A stretch of DNA of 64,000 nucleotides from Blasia pusilla (lineage: Eukaryota), in contig CM114271.1 of assembly GCA_050084515.1 (NCBI GenBank), positions 47,678,001 to 47,742,000 of the forward strand, given 5' to 3'. The notes below the pieces were generated by a model. The model saw only the letters and a program-made list of their open reading frames with translations, was not told the DNA's origin and ran no database searches. Below, piece by piece: positions 13,470 through 26,439 of the stretch (its first letter is position 1; every line of letters begins with the position of its first letter). The position numbers were made by a program, and so were the translations under genes.

Positions 13470-13948
13470 ATTCAAGTATTTGATCTCTATGGAGGGATTA
13501 GCACGGGGTTAGCTGCTGTTTTGCAGGCAGGAGTGCGAGTGCAACAGTATCTATATATGGAGAGTGATGATGTTGCGAGGCGTGTCTCACTACAACATGT
13601 GCCGCAGTTACGCCTACGTTTCCCGAATTATTTTTTGCGTCCGCAGTACAAGGATACCAAAGTTCCCTACCGAGGGATATTTCGTTGTTGGGGGCGTAGG
13701 ACTTAGAGCGGGTAGGGACCATTGATTTGTTCATTTTTGGTTGGCCATGTCAGGGCCAATTGAGTGCTAGACAAGGCAGCGGGTTGGCTAACACTCGGTC
13801 CAGGTTGTTTTGGGAGATGTTGAGGGTCTTACGGCAGTTGCAGGAGCACCAGTCTCGTTCTCCAGCCTAAATTCTGGAGAATGTGCCGATCTTAGGAGAC
13901 TCCAAGTCACGGGAAGTGATGAGTGCTCATCAGGTGCGTGCCTGGATT
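13470..13948 (+). pseudogene. C5-cytosine DNA methyltransferase domain inside retrotransposon pol (truncated)
   Basis: Motif I 'IQVFDLYGGISTG' (13470); motif II 'YLYMESDDVAR'; frameshift near 13622; motif III 'LPRDIS'; motif IV 'IDLFIFGWPCQG' (PCQ at 13745-13753); motif V-like 'GLANTRSRLFWEMLRVL'; motif VI 'ILENV' (ENV at 13877-13885). Two in-frame stops. Confidence 0.9.
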
Positions 13949-14907
13949 GCTTTCTCCTTCTGAAAATTTCTCTGACGTAAGCTCATTCTCCAGATTCTGA
14001 ATCCGAGTCTCATTCCTCGTTTCATACTGATTCTTCAGAATGTTCCATGCCTCAGCAGTAGTGGTTGTATGTTGAATGAGAGTCATGATAGAATCAGTTA
14101 CATTCGTGATAATCGCATATAGAGCATCAACGTTTATGTGTTTCCATGCCAGCAATACAACAGGATCGATATCACCAGATGAAGATGAACATGCAAAACT
14201 CAAAGTAGCTTATGGATTCGAATAAATCCCTGTGGCCGTCTCCCAGATCTCAAATGATTTGAGGACAGTTCTGGTTTTGAACTTCCACAATATATAGTTA
14301 GACCCATCCAACTTCCCTTCACCCAACAGAGGAGCGCAAGCACAAAGTGACGAAGAAGTCGCCATCTCTCAAGATTTTGTGCAAACACACTAGATCGCCA
14401 AATACAAAATACTGGAAAACCTATGGCTCTAATACCATGTGAGAAAATAGAAAGTGATGAAATCACTAAAATCTTTACAAAACTTAGAGATACAAAGTGG
14501 CCTAATCCATTTGTGCGCTTACAGAAGAGCTTCGATGGAACCCGAACATGGAGATAACTCGACATATGAGAATTCGCTACCGCTATGGCTCCCGACTATT
14601 TCACTACTCGGGAAACAAGGGTTTTTACCTATTTTTCTTCAGTTCTATTAATAGAAAAAATTTTCCTCGGATCCTCGCGTCGTCTTGGCATACGAAGAGG
14701 TGTGCCCCCGGACCCCCGGGGGCACAGCTCTTCGTATGCCAATATAGGGTTAGATAATCCTAGTAACGCTACTCCTGAAACCACCTACGTCATATTACTA
14801 TGATTCTTTCGACGTCTAAGTCGGAACCATCAATCTAGACTTCTCCCCATACAAGGGAGCCGATTACATTAATGGTGCTCAGAGAAGTGGATGTTGAGAA
14901 TCCAACA
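13949..14907 (-). mobile_element. Copia family A fragment: 5' LTR (14438-14907), PBS (14426-14437) and gag N-terminus
   Basis: LTR TGTTGGATTC...TTCTCACA on the minus strand, then PBS TGGTATTAGAGC, then gag 'AEAWNILKNQYETRNETRIQNLENELTSEKF'; homologous to 35770-36570. Confidence 0.9.
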
Positions 14908-15879
14908 GGACATTGCCGAGCTGACTAGCCAAACACAACTGCTTCAAGAAAAGCAGGACTCTAAGAATTCTCTTTTTGTACAACTCAAGAATCCAACAAA
15001 CCACACATTTCTTCTAGTGCCAGAAATCTCCATAATTTAGAAAAATGACTTATAACATAGGATGCAATAACCACATGCTTTCACCTTGGTGAAGGTCCAA
15101 CCTTGGAGAGGTATAAATCTTGATAACTTCACAGATCCCACCTAATATAAATAATCCTCCATCATTTATAATACCGAAGTATAAATGTTTAGGATATCTA
15201 GAAATATTATCATGAATCTAATGCACCCTCAAAATTTAATAGAAAAGTAATTTTACCTTCCCCGTGAGTTTCTTATTGCTCCCAGATTTCACATCGCTAT
15301 CATGTTCGATGCTCGCAGCTAGAATTTTGTTGCCTTGTACTCTTCCTAAACGCCTTTTTTTTCAGTGATGAGTGCTCCACAAGGATGGAATCTCCACATT
15401 TTGAGAGTTAGTCTTGAACTAATGGTGTCAAAGACCAGAATTGCAATATTTAGTGTGCATGAAAATCATACCAATCAGGATGTAATTAAAAAAGGAAAGA
15501 CACAAACCGGTTGGGGTTGAACCTCCAATTTTTTCTGATGGGGAAGATACCTTCACTTCAGAAGTTTTCCTCACTATCAAACAAGCAAGAACATGCATTT
15601 AGTACAACCATATTCAAATATATATACTTCTGTACAATCAGCAAAGATTTTATAATCAACCTTCAACACTTACCACTCCGCATTGGTCGATCATGCCCAT
15701 TCGACTCTCTCGACATCTCTTGGTAAGAACCATCACCAATTTCTGCAACTTTCACCTTCTCTACCTCAACACCAACACGGCTTGCTATATACAAAACATG
15801 GAAATCTGATTAGCTATTCAAGAATACCTTGAATGATCCAAAATGAAACCATGCAAGTGATCATGTCTTACCCTCCTCT

Positions 15880-18800
15880 TCATCAGGACTGCGGTCTCTT
15901 GATGCAGATGGTCGCGTTATCTTCTTCTCTGAAAGCTTGTTGATCATTTCAACAAGCATGGAGAACGCCTCATTCTGTTGTTTTTGATGTTTTTCCAACT
16001 TCTACTCAATTAGAGTTTGGTTCTTGGCCATCTTCTCTTCCAATTGCAATTGGTTCTTCTCCAATTTGTCCTCAAGTTGGCCTTTAATGACATCCATATC
16101 TTCACTCCACTTTTTCTCTACCTTCAAGAGTTGAGTAGATATGCTTGATTTCACACTCCACTGAAATCATACATGCACACTTTGATCAGTCTCACATCCT
16201 TATTAGTTTTTTAACTCCCAAAACAACACAAGACAAATTTATCACTAAAGGGACAAGCCAAGATTATGTTATTCCCACATTGAGATGGAATGATTACTCA
16301 CTCATGAGGCTCCACTAAATGAGTATCACTCGCTGCTGGTGTTTCCATAGCGTGTTCTTTAGGACTCATTCCTACTCCGGCACCCCTCCCCTATTTTATT
16401 CAACTCTCAAGGTTAGTTAATTTTTTGGACATATTATACAGGTATGCTCAAACTTATTGATCACAACATGGAGAAATCAGATGAAATACATGAAACCGGT
16501 GAAATAACTTACTAAACTATCCTCAGAGGCACTAGCCCCCATGCCACTCTGAGTGATACCTACATTGCTTGGTACAGCGGATTCACCTCGGCCCTAACAT
16601 CAACTCCACAAAACAATTGACAGTTAGTAATCATGACATAAAGACAGACAGAAGAAAAGGATTTGGAAGACACAAGGTTGCTAAAGAGAACTTACAGAGA
16701 ATCCCTCTAAACATCCCCCACTGCTGTGATTTAAAGTGACAACCTTGGATCTTCCGTTCACCATCTTTTGAGCCTTCAACATATCCTCTTTTGAAAGCCA
16801 ATAATCTACCAAACGTGCCCAGACTTTTTCCTTTGCATCAGGGTGGCACAAGACTTCCGCATTTTTCCCATTGGCCACCCATTATGCTTTCATGCTGGAC
16901 TGTTTAGTTTTCAATAGTTGCGCACATTTCTTGTTCCCTAAACATGGCACACCAACATAGGTGTAGGCACTCTCAACATGATTACAAACTGTTGCCACAC
17001 TAATAGTGTCGTGCCTATTCATCTCGACACATGATAAGTCAAGATAACGCATGGTCCATACCTTTAGGTCATTCAACCAGGGTTCATAACTGGGCACTTT
17101 CGTCTTTAGAACCCCTCGTGGACAATAATTCGCGTGTGGGCAGTAAGTTTTGCTCCTTGCGTTGGGCCATATCGCGGGTCTATAAGTCTCTCTTGGTTCT
17201 ACTTCTCCTCGCACTTGCCCTATCACATGGACATATATTAGAAGAAAACCCAACATTTAAACTTGAGATGTTCCAACATATGAATGCATTTGACCAAAAT
17301 CTTTGATGATAGCTTTTTGAATATTCAAAGTTGGCAGTCATGCCAACCGTGGGAGATCACTATATATGGACCTACCCCCACCATAATTTGTGGGATTGGA
17401 AGGATTAGGGGCCATGAAAGACTAATTGTTACTTTACTGCAAATGTACACTTGTCCCAACAAATCCCGATGGCCCATCAAAAAATGTGGAGTCAGAACCT
17501 TCTCCAACAGTTGGATATGAGGGAGGAGGAGGGTATGAAACTCCATCCTATTACAATCAGGCAACAAGCAACAAGGGTTATTTATTGCCAGTTTTCTCCA
17601 ATATCAAGTGGAGAAAATTGAGCAAACAACTCCCAAAAAATACTTTGCATAATAAAGTATCTGCCATCCTCACTTTCTCTATAAGAACTCATATCATCTA
17701 TTTAAAAATTTCATATGCCTGGGGATCAATGAGAGCATACACTTGGTCGTGCCTATGGTGGACCATGTTGGTTGGTAGGCTAATATTGTTGACCTCCCAT
17801 CAATTGGTAAGGCTAATTAGTAGGAGCCCATTGGTGTTCTTCCATTGGGGGTTGTGACCAATTCATGCCACCAACCCATTGCTGTTGAACAGTCAAGCTC
17901 ATTGGAGGAGTTTGTTGACCCTATGGTGGTGGAGGTGGGGCGGAGGAAGGGGGTTGTGGCATACCGTAAGATCCACCTTGTAAACTATTCATCATTGATG
18001 GCTTACAATCAGACGGATATTACCCCACTCTCATCTCGCTATTCCAACGACTCCCACTTTCTGACCATGTGTAATTAGGACACATAGGATACTGCCAACC
18101 CATTTGCGGCCTCATACGTGAACATGGCTCTAGGGGTTTAGAATTTTCTTGAGAATCGAAGGATTCTCGTCCCCTAGAACCTGAAGGCTGTCAAAATGCA
18201 ATAAGTGTCAATGATTTCTACAACTCATGGACATTCTATTCATCACCATGATTAGAGGAATCCTATTTTCAATCATGAAAAAGGAAGTGGCAGATTTAAA
18301 GTAGTTACCGTCTCAACCTGTTTGGAATGGGTTGTTGGTCCAAAGTCTTGGTTCTCAAAAGAAGGATAAGGTGTGCCCTCATCATCATCAGATTGGAAAT
18401 CCATATGTTCAGGTGGCATATAATCAGGATCTCTCACAGTATAATCCTTTGTGCTTTCAATCATATTAGGTAAGCTCTCCTTTGATCTCAACCTTGAACT
18501 TCGTCGCACTTCAACACCCTCTGCCACTACTACTCTAGAAAGGAAGGCTTCCCTGGTTGCCTTTGAAGGTTTGAGCCTAGCTTTCCAAACAAGCATTTCA
18601 CCATTAATCATCTACAAGTAATCAAATATTTTTTTGTTTTCTATATACACGTCAAGTATAAGGAAGAAAAAAAATCATGATAGAAATTCAATTCAGAGAA
18701 TGCACATTATGCAAATAGGAGAACTCCTTACTCTGCAAGAAAATCACCAAGTAAGAATGCTTGTCTTTTTTTTTTTCCTCTTATCTTCCTTGCACGTTCC

Positions 18801-19790
18801 TGGTCAATTGGGAAATCAACATCAAGGTCCTTATCCACGAGGACAAGGATCTCAACTCTAGCAAAAGATGGAGTGTCTTCAAACTCATCATCACTGGTGG
18901 AATGTTTTTTATCACTTAAGTGGTCATTACTCTCATTTTCAACCTCTCTTGCTATGCATGGAGGTGATGACTCTCTTTGTGGAGACATATATGTTGCCTC
19001 TTTTTAAACATCCCTAGATCTTGCTGGCCCCTATATACTCAATTCATAAGCCACCACATAATTGCTGAGATCTACTCTCTCCATGGATGTACTCAATAGT
19101 TGAAAGTTTTCTACTCTATTCTTATGGACACTCGAGCTAGCACTATGATCTCCAAGCAATAAGGACTCACTTTGAGTGCTTTTTGAAAAAAAAATTGTAC
19201 TCTTTAGACTCTAGATTGAAATTTAGTTCATCACTTTTCACTATCACTGGAATGTCTACACTACTATGTACAGCAAGGAATGCAGATTGGATGCTCTCTC
19301 TACACTCTCCAACCTTACCACTATCCCACCAGATTCCCCCCTTGCGCAATCTTTGCTGTTGGTGCATCTCCACAATTTATTTCATCCTCAAAAATGTTTG
19401 CACTCCCATAACCAACAAGGAATGCAGATTGGATGCTCTTTGTATACTCTCCAACCTTGCCACTATCCATAGCAGATTCCCCCTTTTGCCCAATCTCCTC
19501 CTCTGTTCTTGGTGCATCTCCACATTTCCTTTCATCTTAAAAAATGATGCACACTTTGGAGTTAACTATCTCCTCATGACATACTTGATCCTCTTCTGTG
19601 CGCGGATAAGGTTCCCAATCAACATCATGCATGTCATCATATGAAGCCATACGAAGCACAAAAACTTCACTCTTGCTCCTTTGACGTTTCCACTTCACTA
19701 TCCATACTTGATGGTTCTTCCCATCAGGCAAGTCACCCCTTGCATCACGTAAGCCTTGAGACGCAATAAAGGCCTCAAATTTGCTTGATC
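15880..19790 (-). pseudogene. Degraded spliced CACTA second ORF (TnpA-like accessory protein)
   Basis: Series of minus-strand ORF fragments (19537-19731, 18728-18988, 18273-18611, 16882-17256, 16681-16878) directly downstream of the transposase in the same orientation, with acidic/Pro-rich stretches and a coiled-coil-like end near 16000. Identity inferred from position. Confidence 0.5.
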
Positions 19791-20042
19791 ACTAAACTCT
19801 TTTGCTATGGTACTATTGTGTTGGGTACCCCCTCCATTTGCAAATTTTCTATTGAGAAATGTGGTCAAGGAGCTCAATCAGGGAAGGAATGATGAATTAT
19901 TAACATGATGAAACATACATCTCAGGCAAGATCTCCAAAAGTCCTATCACAACCTCTGCCTCTATCTCTCACTACTTACAATAAGACGTGTAGGAAGTGT
20001 ATGATTAACCTGCATTGCCTTTAGTGCAGAAATGTTATATAT

Positions 20043-23000
20043 CTACATCCAATTCACATGTGTCATCTTCAGAAAACTCATCGGTGGATAGATGAACAAC
20101 CGACACATTGTTGACACTTTTCTATGTGTTGTCACTAATTCCTCAACAGTCAACTCTATAGCGCCAATTGTGTTCACCAATGGCATCCTATGAGGCAATG
20201 TTTTAGAATCTTGATCAAGGCCAATAGAATGTCCCTTGTCAAGATTACCCCCATCGTAGATATCATAAATTACTCTGGGAGATCTAGCTTCTTTCCTCAA
20301 TACTACCTTCCATCCGCTCCCCTTGTTAGCATCTCCAAATATTACTTGCTCCACTTGAGATGGGAAAACAAAAGGTTGGTGATTCAAAGGTTCACAAGAT
20401 CTAAGGTTGACAAGTAAGAAGCCTTCACGGTCTTGCTTCATGGATGGCGTAGGTGACTCCCAATCTGCCCTAACCCATCTTCCTCTCATTAAGATGACAC
20501 GCTGGTCTACAATCCCATAATAAAGTGCAATAATATTGACAATAGCTCCTACATATGAATAAGCACTATTGTGGGAGTCATTCTTCTCATCCACAAATAT
20601 TGCTCCAATTCCACTATCATAAGTAGAGTATGCACTAGATCCACCCTCTCCCTCTATCCTAAAGTGGTTGCCATGAGCCTTCATAGACTTGTAAGAGAGT
20701 ACTTTTGATTGAGAAGGAATTGATAAGGCTAATGCCTCTTCATCCACCTTCCCGTTATTCTCCCTAGCATCTTGGAGGATAGCTGGTTGGATCCACTCTT
20801 TAAAAGGAATTGATGCCCTCTTTGAATCATATCTCTTGGCAGAAAAAACATTATGGGACCAGTGGACTAGGTGATCCGTTAGCTTTTCTGAAATAGGCAG
20901 GGTTCAGTGATGCTAAAAACTCACTCTACAAATTGAGAACACATGTAATTAAATAATACATGTGCCATGTAACCATAGACTCGGTATTGTGTAAAACATA
21001 GTGGTGCGCCAAGATCATCAGATCTCTTGAAAGTCGTACTTGCACTCTTGCACCTTCTAGCTCCTTGCTTGCCACTCCTTCTTCACCCTCATCCTAAATT
21101 CGGGTCCTTACACCCTCAAATCTCCTCATATACTCAGTCACAAATCCCAGAGCCTCGTCTTTAATATACCCCTCAGCCATGTAACCCTCGGGCCGAGCTT
21201 TTGATCTCACATATTTCTTCAAAAAACCCATGTATCTCTCCATGGGATACGTCCATCGGCAAGCTAAAGACCCACATAAGTCCAATTCTTCAATTACATG
21301 GATCAAAAGATGTGTCATCACATCAAAAAAGGAAGGTGGGAAATGCATCTCCAAGAGACATAAGGTTATCCCTGTTTCCTTGTGTAGTTGATCGTAGTAT
21401 GTACGATCATACACTTACAACATAGTAACCTGAAAATTTTACTCAAGCGCGTGATCGTTGAACGAACAGGAGCTTTCATTAGGCCACGAAGGGAAAAAGG
21501 AAGGATGTGGTGAATGAGCACATGATAATCATGTGACTTCATGTTACCTAGATTCTTTTTAACCACATGCTTTCTTAGCTCACCACTATATCCTATGGGC
21601 ACTTTCAAGGATTGAATCCTAGATAAGAATGCGGCCACCTTTTGAGGTGATAAAACATAATCACATTGAGGTTTCACTAGGTCTTGAGGTCTACTTGGAT
21701 GGGATTGTAATCACAAGTGAGCTCTTATTCCGGGAGCTTCCATATCTCTTCTAACCTTCACAGTATCCTTCATCCCTATCAAGGTCTTCACCAGATTCTT
21801 TGCAATATTCTTCTCCACGTGCATAAGATCTAGGGTATGTCGTATCAAAAGATGCTACCATCAAGTAAAGGAAATATATGTTCATCATAAATAAAAAAAT
21901 ACTTGCTCCAAAATATATCACAAGCATGAGTAAAATAAAATCACATTGGTGTGGATACTCTCCAATATGGCAAATCATACAATAGAGACCTTCTCTTCAC
22001 CCCTGTCCTTTTGTAGGGATCACTTGGACCATCCTCTCGACCTCCACCCCCATCATATTTTTTTTTTCCTTTGCCCATCTAAGAATCTCGTCTGCTGTAA
22101 TCCTTGGAGCTGCATCCCTAGACTCATCCCTTCCATTGAAGTGGGAACCATAGGCTTGTCCTCTCCATACATGATCATGGGAAAGGTGTCTATGATGACA
22201 ACCAAAAATAGGCTTCCCACATTGTTTGGAGAAATCCGAATCTACATAAGGACCACATATTATACACGCAAGTTTCCCACCATGGCTTTGCCTTGAGATT
22301 GTGCCATATGCTGGATAATCATTTATTGTCCACAAGATCATAGCTCTGAACAGAAAGCTTGAGGATCCATGTGGTCTACGTACATGATGGAATTATACCC
22401 CATTCCACAACTCATGTAATTCATCCTCCAAGGGGGCCAAGTAAGTGTTAATGTTCTCTCTATTGACATTCTCCTTACCGGGCATAATAAGAGCCAACAT
22501 CATAAATAACTTTTTGGTTTCAAGCCAAGGTGGCAAATTGTAGTTCACCAATAAGACCGGCGAGGTCGACCAAGAGCTTGCCTTGTCAAGATATGGATTC
22601 ACCCCATCAAGGACTAAACCAAACCTACAATTTCTACTCTCCACAAAAAAATCAAAGTACAAATGATCTATGTGATACCATGCCTTGCTATCCTCTGCAT
22701 GTCTAACCATACCATCCTTGCTCTTTTTTTCAGAAGCCCAATTCAACAACTTTGACAAAGCCTGACATCTATACATACGCTGCATCCTAGGGATTATAGG
22801 GAAATGTCTCAAGACCATTTGGTACTAAGGACCTCCCAACTTGCTTGAACCTAGAATTTCCACTCTTGGGACACTCATCATTATCAGCCAAATCCCCACA
22901 AAAAAGGACACAACCTTTAAGACATGCATGGATAGAGTTGTAACTCATTCCAAACTTGTTGATAAGTTTTTTGGCAGCATAGTATGACGGTGGGACATGA

Positions 23001-23742
23001 TTATCCGATGGGAGTGCCATCTTACCTAAAAGTTTCAAAATCTCATCGATTGCAATATTGGGCACTCCATGGGTAGCACCAACGTTGAAGTTAAGCATAA
23101 TAAAACCAAGTAAGGAAGTCTTAGGTCTTGGGAAGAGCGGCTTGCATGCTGCAGCAAGTTCATCAAAATTTGAGGGAATGTTTTGATCCTCGCCTTCATT
23201 GGGATGGTTTACATCCTCTCGCCACCTTCATTGATCGAGCCATCTTTGTCATAGAGCTGATCATATTGTCTAAATATGTCATTGAGCATCTGAGGGACAT
23301 CAATGTTGTCATCCAAGTTTGCATTGTTAATGTAAGGTAATTCCTGCACCGGCTTGGATTGCATGATAAGCTCACTCTCCCTTCTGTCATGGTTATCCTA
23401 ACTCATGAACCATTCCTCATCCGAGGAGTTCCACTCTTCCCTAGTTTTAGGGATGAAACAAAAATGAGATCGTCCATTTTTTCTCAAGTGTTCTTCTACC
23501 TTGCCAAATCCCAAGGTAGTCCCACCCTTGCACTCACTACAAGGACATCTGGCCCTCTTCCTTCCTAATGTGCGGGACCTAGCACATTCCCTTTGCCACA
23601 ACTTGTAGTCATGAGCTTGGATTCTATGGGGATCGCTCAAATCCAATCGGACATGAACAAACATTGGTGGTATCATAGCCCCTACGTACGTCAAGTTAAT
23701 AAGAACATAAGTAAATACTTGCATGAGGAAAGTGTTGGACAA
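20043..23742 (-). pseudogene. CACTA transposase (TnpD/Tnp2-type; Transposase_21, DUF4218- and DUF4216-like regions)
   Basis: 'RCPCSEC', 'YNSIHACLKGCVLF', 'LRHFPIIPRMQRMY', 'GLVLDGVNPY', 'YNLPPW', 'LWTINDYPAYG', 'MKSHDYHV', 'FPPSFFDVMTHL', 'WTYPMERYMG', 'QPFVFPSQVEQV'; frameshifts and stops. Confidence 0.95.
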
Positions 23743-24715
23743 TAATTATTCTCTACAATGAACTTTTCCGTGAATATAGACAAAAGAGGTTCTGTCAAGT
23801 AGGCCACAACTACCTTGAAATTAAAATGCAAACTTAGTTGAGACTTGAAAGTACCTTCTTAAATCAAAATGGACACTTGTGTTCTCCAAGCAGCTAACCC
23901 TTGCCTCCTCCCAATAAAACCTATGTCAAACCCAAGAGATGCTTTTAGGAGCTACCATCAACCGTCAAGAGGAAGAAATACTATATAATGTGCTTGAGTT
24001 CAGACCCTTCTGAACTCACACCGTTTTACATTTAATGTTCCTAACGTTAGTATCATTTACCAAACATTTTAGATGTACCATGCCTGCAGCAAGCTCACAT
24101 TGTGAATTTTAGCAATGTCTTCTTTTTAGCCACTTCAATTATTAGAATGAACATGGTTAGCATCCCCATTCAGAGAATTTACTTGGTATTTTTCCAAACT
24201 TGATTCCTGAAGTTCTCATATATTCCCTCTATTTTCTCACCTGTCCTATAAATTCTTACTGTAAGTGAGAGAGTGGAAACTTGGCCTTATTTTCATTTGA
24301 TACTCTTTGTTGCAAAATAATGAGTTGTAATCTTACTTAAGGCTGATATTTATTGTTTTTTAGTGACCATAAATTCATTGAGTAGAAAATCACACTTAAG
24401 TGTTGATGCTTTTATCATCTCCCTTGATCACTCAACACATTGGAGCTTGATTTCGTAGTAATATCTCATGTAGTTTGAAAGGCAAATCTTCTAGTAATGC
24501 AAATACTTTTACTTGAGCATGGCAAGAATTATGAGTGCTACCTACATAATAATAGTATCCATACAATTTAGGTGAGACCTTCCATCCCAAAAAAATATTT
24601 ACAATTATTATCCAATTGTTGCCGTAGGTTCCTTCCTATCTGTCAAAATTGCCACACCTTCTCCGTAATTGCCAAAACAAAGTTTCCTTAAGCCCTAACG
24701 TACCATGCAACCTTC

Positions 24716-25718
24716 TCAAAGGCCACCAAACAAGGTCGCAAAAAAATGACTACAACAAGGATAAATACTACCACTAAGGTTCTCATGGCGGTGCCTAATG
24801 GCCCTGCAAATCCTCTTGCCAATAAGTCTTCCAATTCTCACAGAAGAGAACTCGAATCTAATACTATATGGTCTGCCAGAGTAAGCACTGGCTGCATGGA
24901 TGAGTGTCGATGCCTTTTGTGAGAAAACAGAAAGTGACGAAATCAATGAAATATTTACAAAACTTAGAGATACAAAGTGGCCTAGTCCGTCCGTACGCTC
25001 ACGAAAGAGCTTCGATGGAACCTGAACATGGAGATAACTCGACATACAAGAATGCGCTACCGCTGCGGCTCCCAACTATTTCACTACTTGGGAAACTAGG
25101 GTTTTTACCTAATTTTCTTTGTTTCTATTAATAGAATTTTTTTGGTGAGGGTTAGATAACCCTAGTAAGGCTACTCTAGAAACCACCTATGTCATATTAC
25201 TATGACTCCTCCGACGTCTAAGGGGGAACCATCAATCTAGGCTTCTCCTCATACAAGGGGGCCGATCATATTAATGGTGCTCAGAGAAGTGGATGTTGAG
25301 AATCCAACACCTTTCTCAAAGTAGGAGAAGAATCCTTGCCAACAACATAACCATTCATATCATGGCAAATGTGAAAGGTAAAAATTCTGGTGACCCGCAT
25401 AATCAACCAACAGATGATCGGATAGCGATCCTCATGTTGACACACAAAATCAAAGAAGGTGACATACAAATGGCGCGCTTCTGCATGAAAATGCCAATTC
25501 TCAACACGTTCATGCCAATACCAATACCAATAGTGGCGAGCATGAAGTCCACATATGATCACTTGAAGTTCACTCGGCAAACTTCTCATACGTTGAATCA
25601 GAGTAGGCATTCTTGGTCTACCTCGCAAGTGAGAATGGAGTTGAATAGGTAGATCATCATGATGCTCCTCTATATAAGGTGGTTGGCCTTGTTGTGAAGG
25701 CCTCCCTCCCTCGCGCAC
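24716..25718 (-). pseudogene. ~200-aa ORF of unknown function (possible F-box-like motif) interrupted by a solo LTR
   Basis: Removing 24918-25309 plus one TSD joins ORF 25281-25718 (...SSPTLRK) in frame to ASTLIHAASAYSGRPY... (stop at 24716). 'MRSLPSELQVII' resembles the F-box LPxE motif. Confidence 0.4.
24918..25309 (-). mobile_element. Solo LTR, Copia family A
   Basis: TG...CA ends with perfect TSD CCTTT (24913-24917 and 25310-25314). Confidence 0.95.
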
Positions 25719-26439
25719 ATGAGAACTTGGATTTATCCTTCAACAAAAAACCAATGGCTTATTGTAGAATACCTTTGCTGTCTGTGGGATGAAGTTGATG
25801 CCTGATGTATGCGTCTCAACTCTCACTTTGTGTTCCCGAACGTGAATGAAGAGACAATGCCATATTGGATTAGACTCTTACAATGGCCTAGTCAACATTC
25901 ACACTTTGAGGGAAATAACCTCCTCTACAACATGACAACCTTCTTCTCTTCTATCCCTCCCTCCATCCATTGCCCATTGACACAGTCCAACCTGACTCAA
26001 TGGTCATAAAGCTACGATATGATAGTTGATGTGTTTAATCATACACTTGGCCATGCCTACACTCACACTATATGAGAATCCCTCTCCTCTCATATGTTAC
26101 AATAGGCACTACTCCATAAGTCTCACATCCGACTAAATTGGAATGATACAGAGAAGATTAGCACAACCTTGTGCAAGGATAGGATGTAGATAATTAGAAA
26201 TAAGCGTAAACCACGGGTGTGCGCGACCTTTCCGATTTTACTCACAACTCTAAAGGCTCAATTCATCACACATTCCAAATACCTCTTCTCTTTCTCTTCT
26301 CTAACATCTTTAACAAGGATGCATCTAACCAACCAAGCTCATTAGACTTCAATATCTCTAATGCAATGGAACATACCCAAGATTCAAGCAAAGTATACCA
26401 TCTCAAAAATTGGAGGGTTTCATTGTAGGCTCTTTTCAA

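Larger units (their letters stand above)
7349..13948 (+). mobile_element. 3'-truncated Ty3/Gypsy-like LTR retrotransposon encoding gag, protease and a DNA methyltransferase
   Basis: Starts TGTCAC where the CACTA subterminal repeats stop; candidate LTR end GTTACA at 9138 (uncertain). Degraded gag with a Cys/His zinc knuckle, then protease LLDSGA, then C5-MTase motifs. Cut off by a Copia fragment at about 13948, so RT and integrase are absent and the superfamily is inferred. Confidence 0.7.

Noticed and set aside
13470-13948. Host DNMT3/DRM gene fragment or bacterial contamination
   Set aside because: Intronless, in frame with the retroviral protease, and embedded among plant TEs; best explained as part of pol, pending the searches listed in the finding.
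1828-14907. LTRs at 1828 and 14438 as the two ends of one Copia element
   Set aside because: Outer flanks (ACATC versus GGACA) do not form a TSD, and the interval crosses the CACTA left end.
19265-19530. ~142-bp internal duplication and the plus-strand ORF 19183-19644
   Set aside because: A local tandem duplication within the CACTA accessory region; the plus-strand ORF is the antisense shadow.
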